From positions 8,468,043-8,532,042 of the forward strand of contig CM082593.2 of NCBI GenBank assembly GCA_040954595.2: a stretch of 64,000 nt of DNA. The letters run 5' to 3'. The first letter of the stretch is position 1. The number at the start of each line of letters is the position of its first letter. The notes below the pieces were generated by a model. It saw only the letters and a program-made list of their open reading frames with translations. It was not told the origin of the DNA and did no database searches. Origin of the DNA: Balanoglossus misakiensis. Taxonomy: Eukaryota > Animalia > Hemichordata. The position numbers were made by a program, and so were the translations under genes. This document shows, in pieces, positions 62,280 through 64,000 of the stretch.

Positions 62280-64000
62280 ACCAAAAACTAGAATGGATGT
62301 TTGTTTGAGTGTTATAGTTAGTCTTCATTTGACGTCATAACACCAAACTGGCAAATGTGTTCAAATCTACTTAAACAGTTGAAATTATTGTAATTTGCGC
62401 GTGTATAAAACATGTCATTCTAATGCATTGGTATTTTGCCTGTATTTGAATAATATTCATAATTTGTAGTTGAATTTTCATGTTTTCAAATCAGATGCTG
62501 CATGGTATGCCAACGTACATATTCTTATTTCACTTTCAGGTTTTTGTAATTCAATCTCAAAGTCACTCGCCCAACTGACTTCTCTGTAAGGAATTTGTGT
62601 TGCAAGTCATGAAAACCTTTCAGGTCAATGAAACAAATTCTGGTAGTGTAAGATCATGTTTTTACAATACAGGAATTTCAATCGGTTCTAATGAAATTGC
62701 TTTCTGTTGTTTGTATGACCACTGCAGTTTGGAATCTAGTTGAATTTTTCATACGAAACTTGGGATAGGGTGTGACAACTCAAGATATTTTGTAAAGTGT
62801 ACTTTTGCTATGGAAATGGTTTTTTTGGATAAAATAAATTTTGGATATGGGAATTAATATCTTTGTGTCTCTTTGTGTAGAGATTATTATTGGCACTGAT
62901 TAATCCCTCACTCCACTCCACAGCTAATGATAGTCTATTGGAAAACCTAATATGGGGTTCACACAGGGACCATTAAGACATTTCTGAAACGTCTGTCTTG
63001 GGTCAAATACTGGCATAAATTATTATGTGGGAACAGTTTAAGTGGTTCTGAAACGTCTCAGATTTGAGATGGCTTTGTCGGACAGACCTGAGCCAGTGTA
63101 AGGATTAACACCTCTCCACAACCCATTGTCTATGGGACCGAGCCTCAGCGCCTATACACTATTTTTTTGTGTGTGGACACAACGAGACTCAAAGCATTAA
63201 TGCTCTGTGTTTACCATAGGCAAATAGTGTCTCAAATTTTACCCTGTGTGAACCTGGTATAAGTCAAGGGGCTTAGCTTCTTTCTCTAGGGTCTATAGCT
63301 GGGGCAATTAACAGACAAAAAAAATGATCTATATGATTTATTACCTGTAATTAACTTTGCCTTGTTTTGTCTTGACGCTCAGCTCAAAATTCCAGGAGCT
63401 TCTATGTGATTTTCCAGGCATAGAAATCAAAAATGCCATTTTCCAATATCAATTCAGTTGTAATGAAGGAAGTTTTGGGTCAATGAGAGAATTTGTACAA
63501 AGATCTCATCATTAAATAGTTCTGTTTTAACGTCATTGGAAGTCTTCATTGCCCAGTGTCACTTGCCATAACATTGCCTCGGAGAACAGACCACATTTAG
63601 TGGCACACTACTCTGGTTCCGCTGGCACATAAACGTCATTGGTGGTACAACACCCTTATTGGTTTAGAGCAGCACACTACACCAGTGTCTCACTGTGGTG
63701 GTTTTGTAGGCGCGGCAAACGTTACAGAGACTTTAAAGGGAACACGGCATCTGTGGTATCGCTTGTCATAATGGCCAGCACTGTTACATGTGTCTATAGA
63801 GGGCGCACTGCACCTGTGTTGATCATGTGCGTCATTGGTGCAGAAGACACTCACCACTTCTCAGACAATTCGCAGAGGGCACTCTTGACTTCTCAGACAA
63901 TTTAATAGTCCTTCTCTTCTTCATTATTTCTCAAATGTTCAAAAACCATCCTTTCACTATCATGACATGACCTGGATCTCTCTAGGGTATCCAACATGTC

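Overview
AT-rich, intron-rich animal genomic DNA. The gene content suggests a marine invertebrate, possibly a deuterostome (inference only). From left to right: (1) the right part of a decayed AcademH-type DNA transposon, with a DUF6589-like transposase fragment on + and a RecQ-like helicase on -, ending at 6357; (2) a ~4.4-kb duplicate of the 3' end and downstream flank of LRMDA, fused to a broken SLC35E4-like fragment and a stack of nested transposons; (3) an apparently intact 9-exon, ~2718-aa NLR-like immune gene (DED - 19-aa repeats - GT-B/GT4-like - coiled coil - TRADD-N-like - NACHT remnant with no visible P-loop - LRR), flanked by ~1.2-kb direct repeats that end in a CTCF-like motif; (4) a four-exon 3' pseudogene fragment of Golgi alpha-mannosidase II; (5) an intact 7-exon LRMDA with a U12 AT-AC intron; (6) a divergently transcribed TGOLN2/KCT2-like gene with a GYEQP repeat array and two alternative cytosolic-tail exons. 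Many MITEs are present, including several TAG...CTA elements with 9-bp target-site duplications (TSDs). Exon models and domain calls come from manual translation and motif recognition; no database searches were run.
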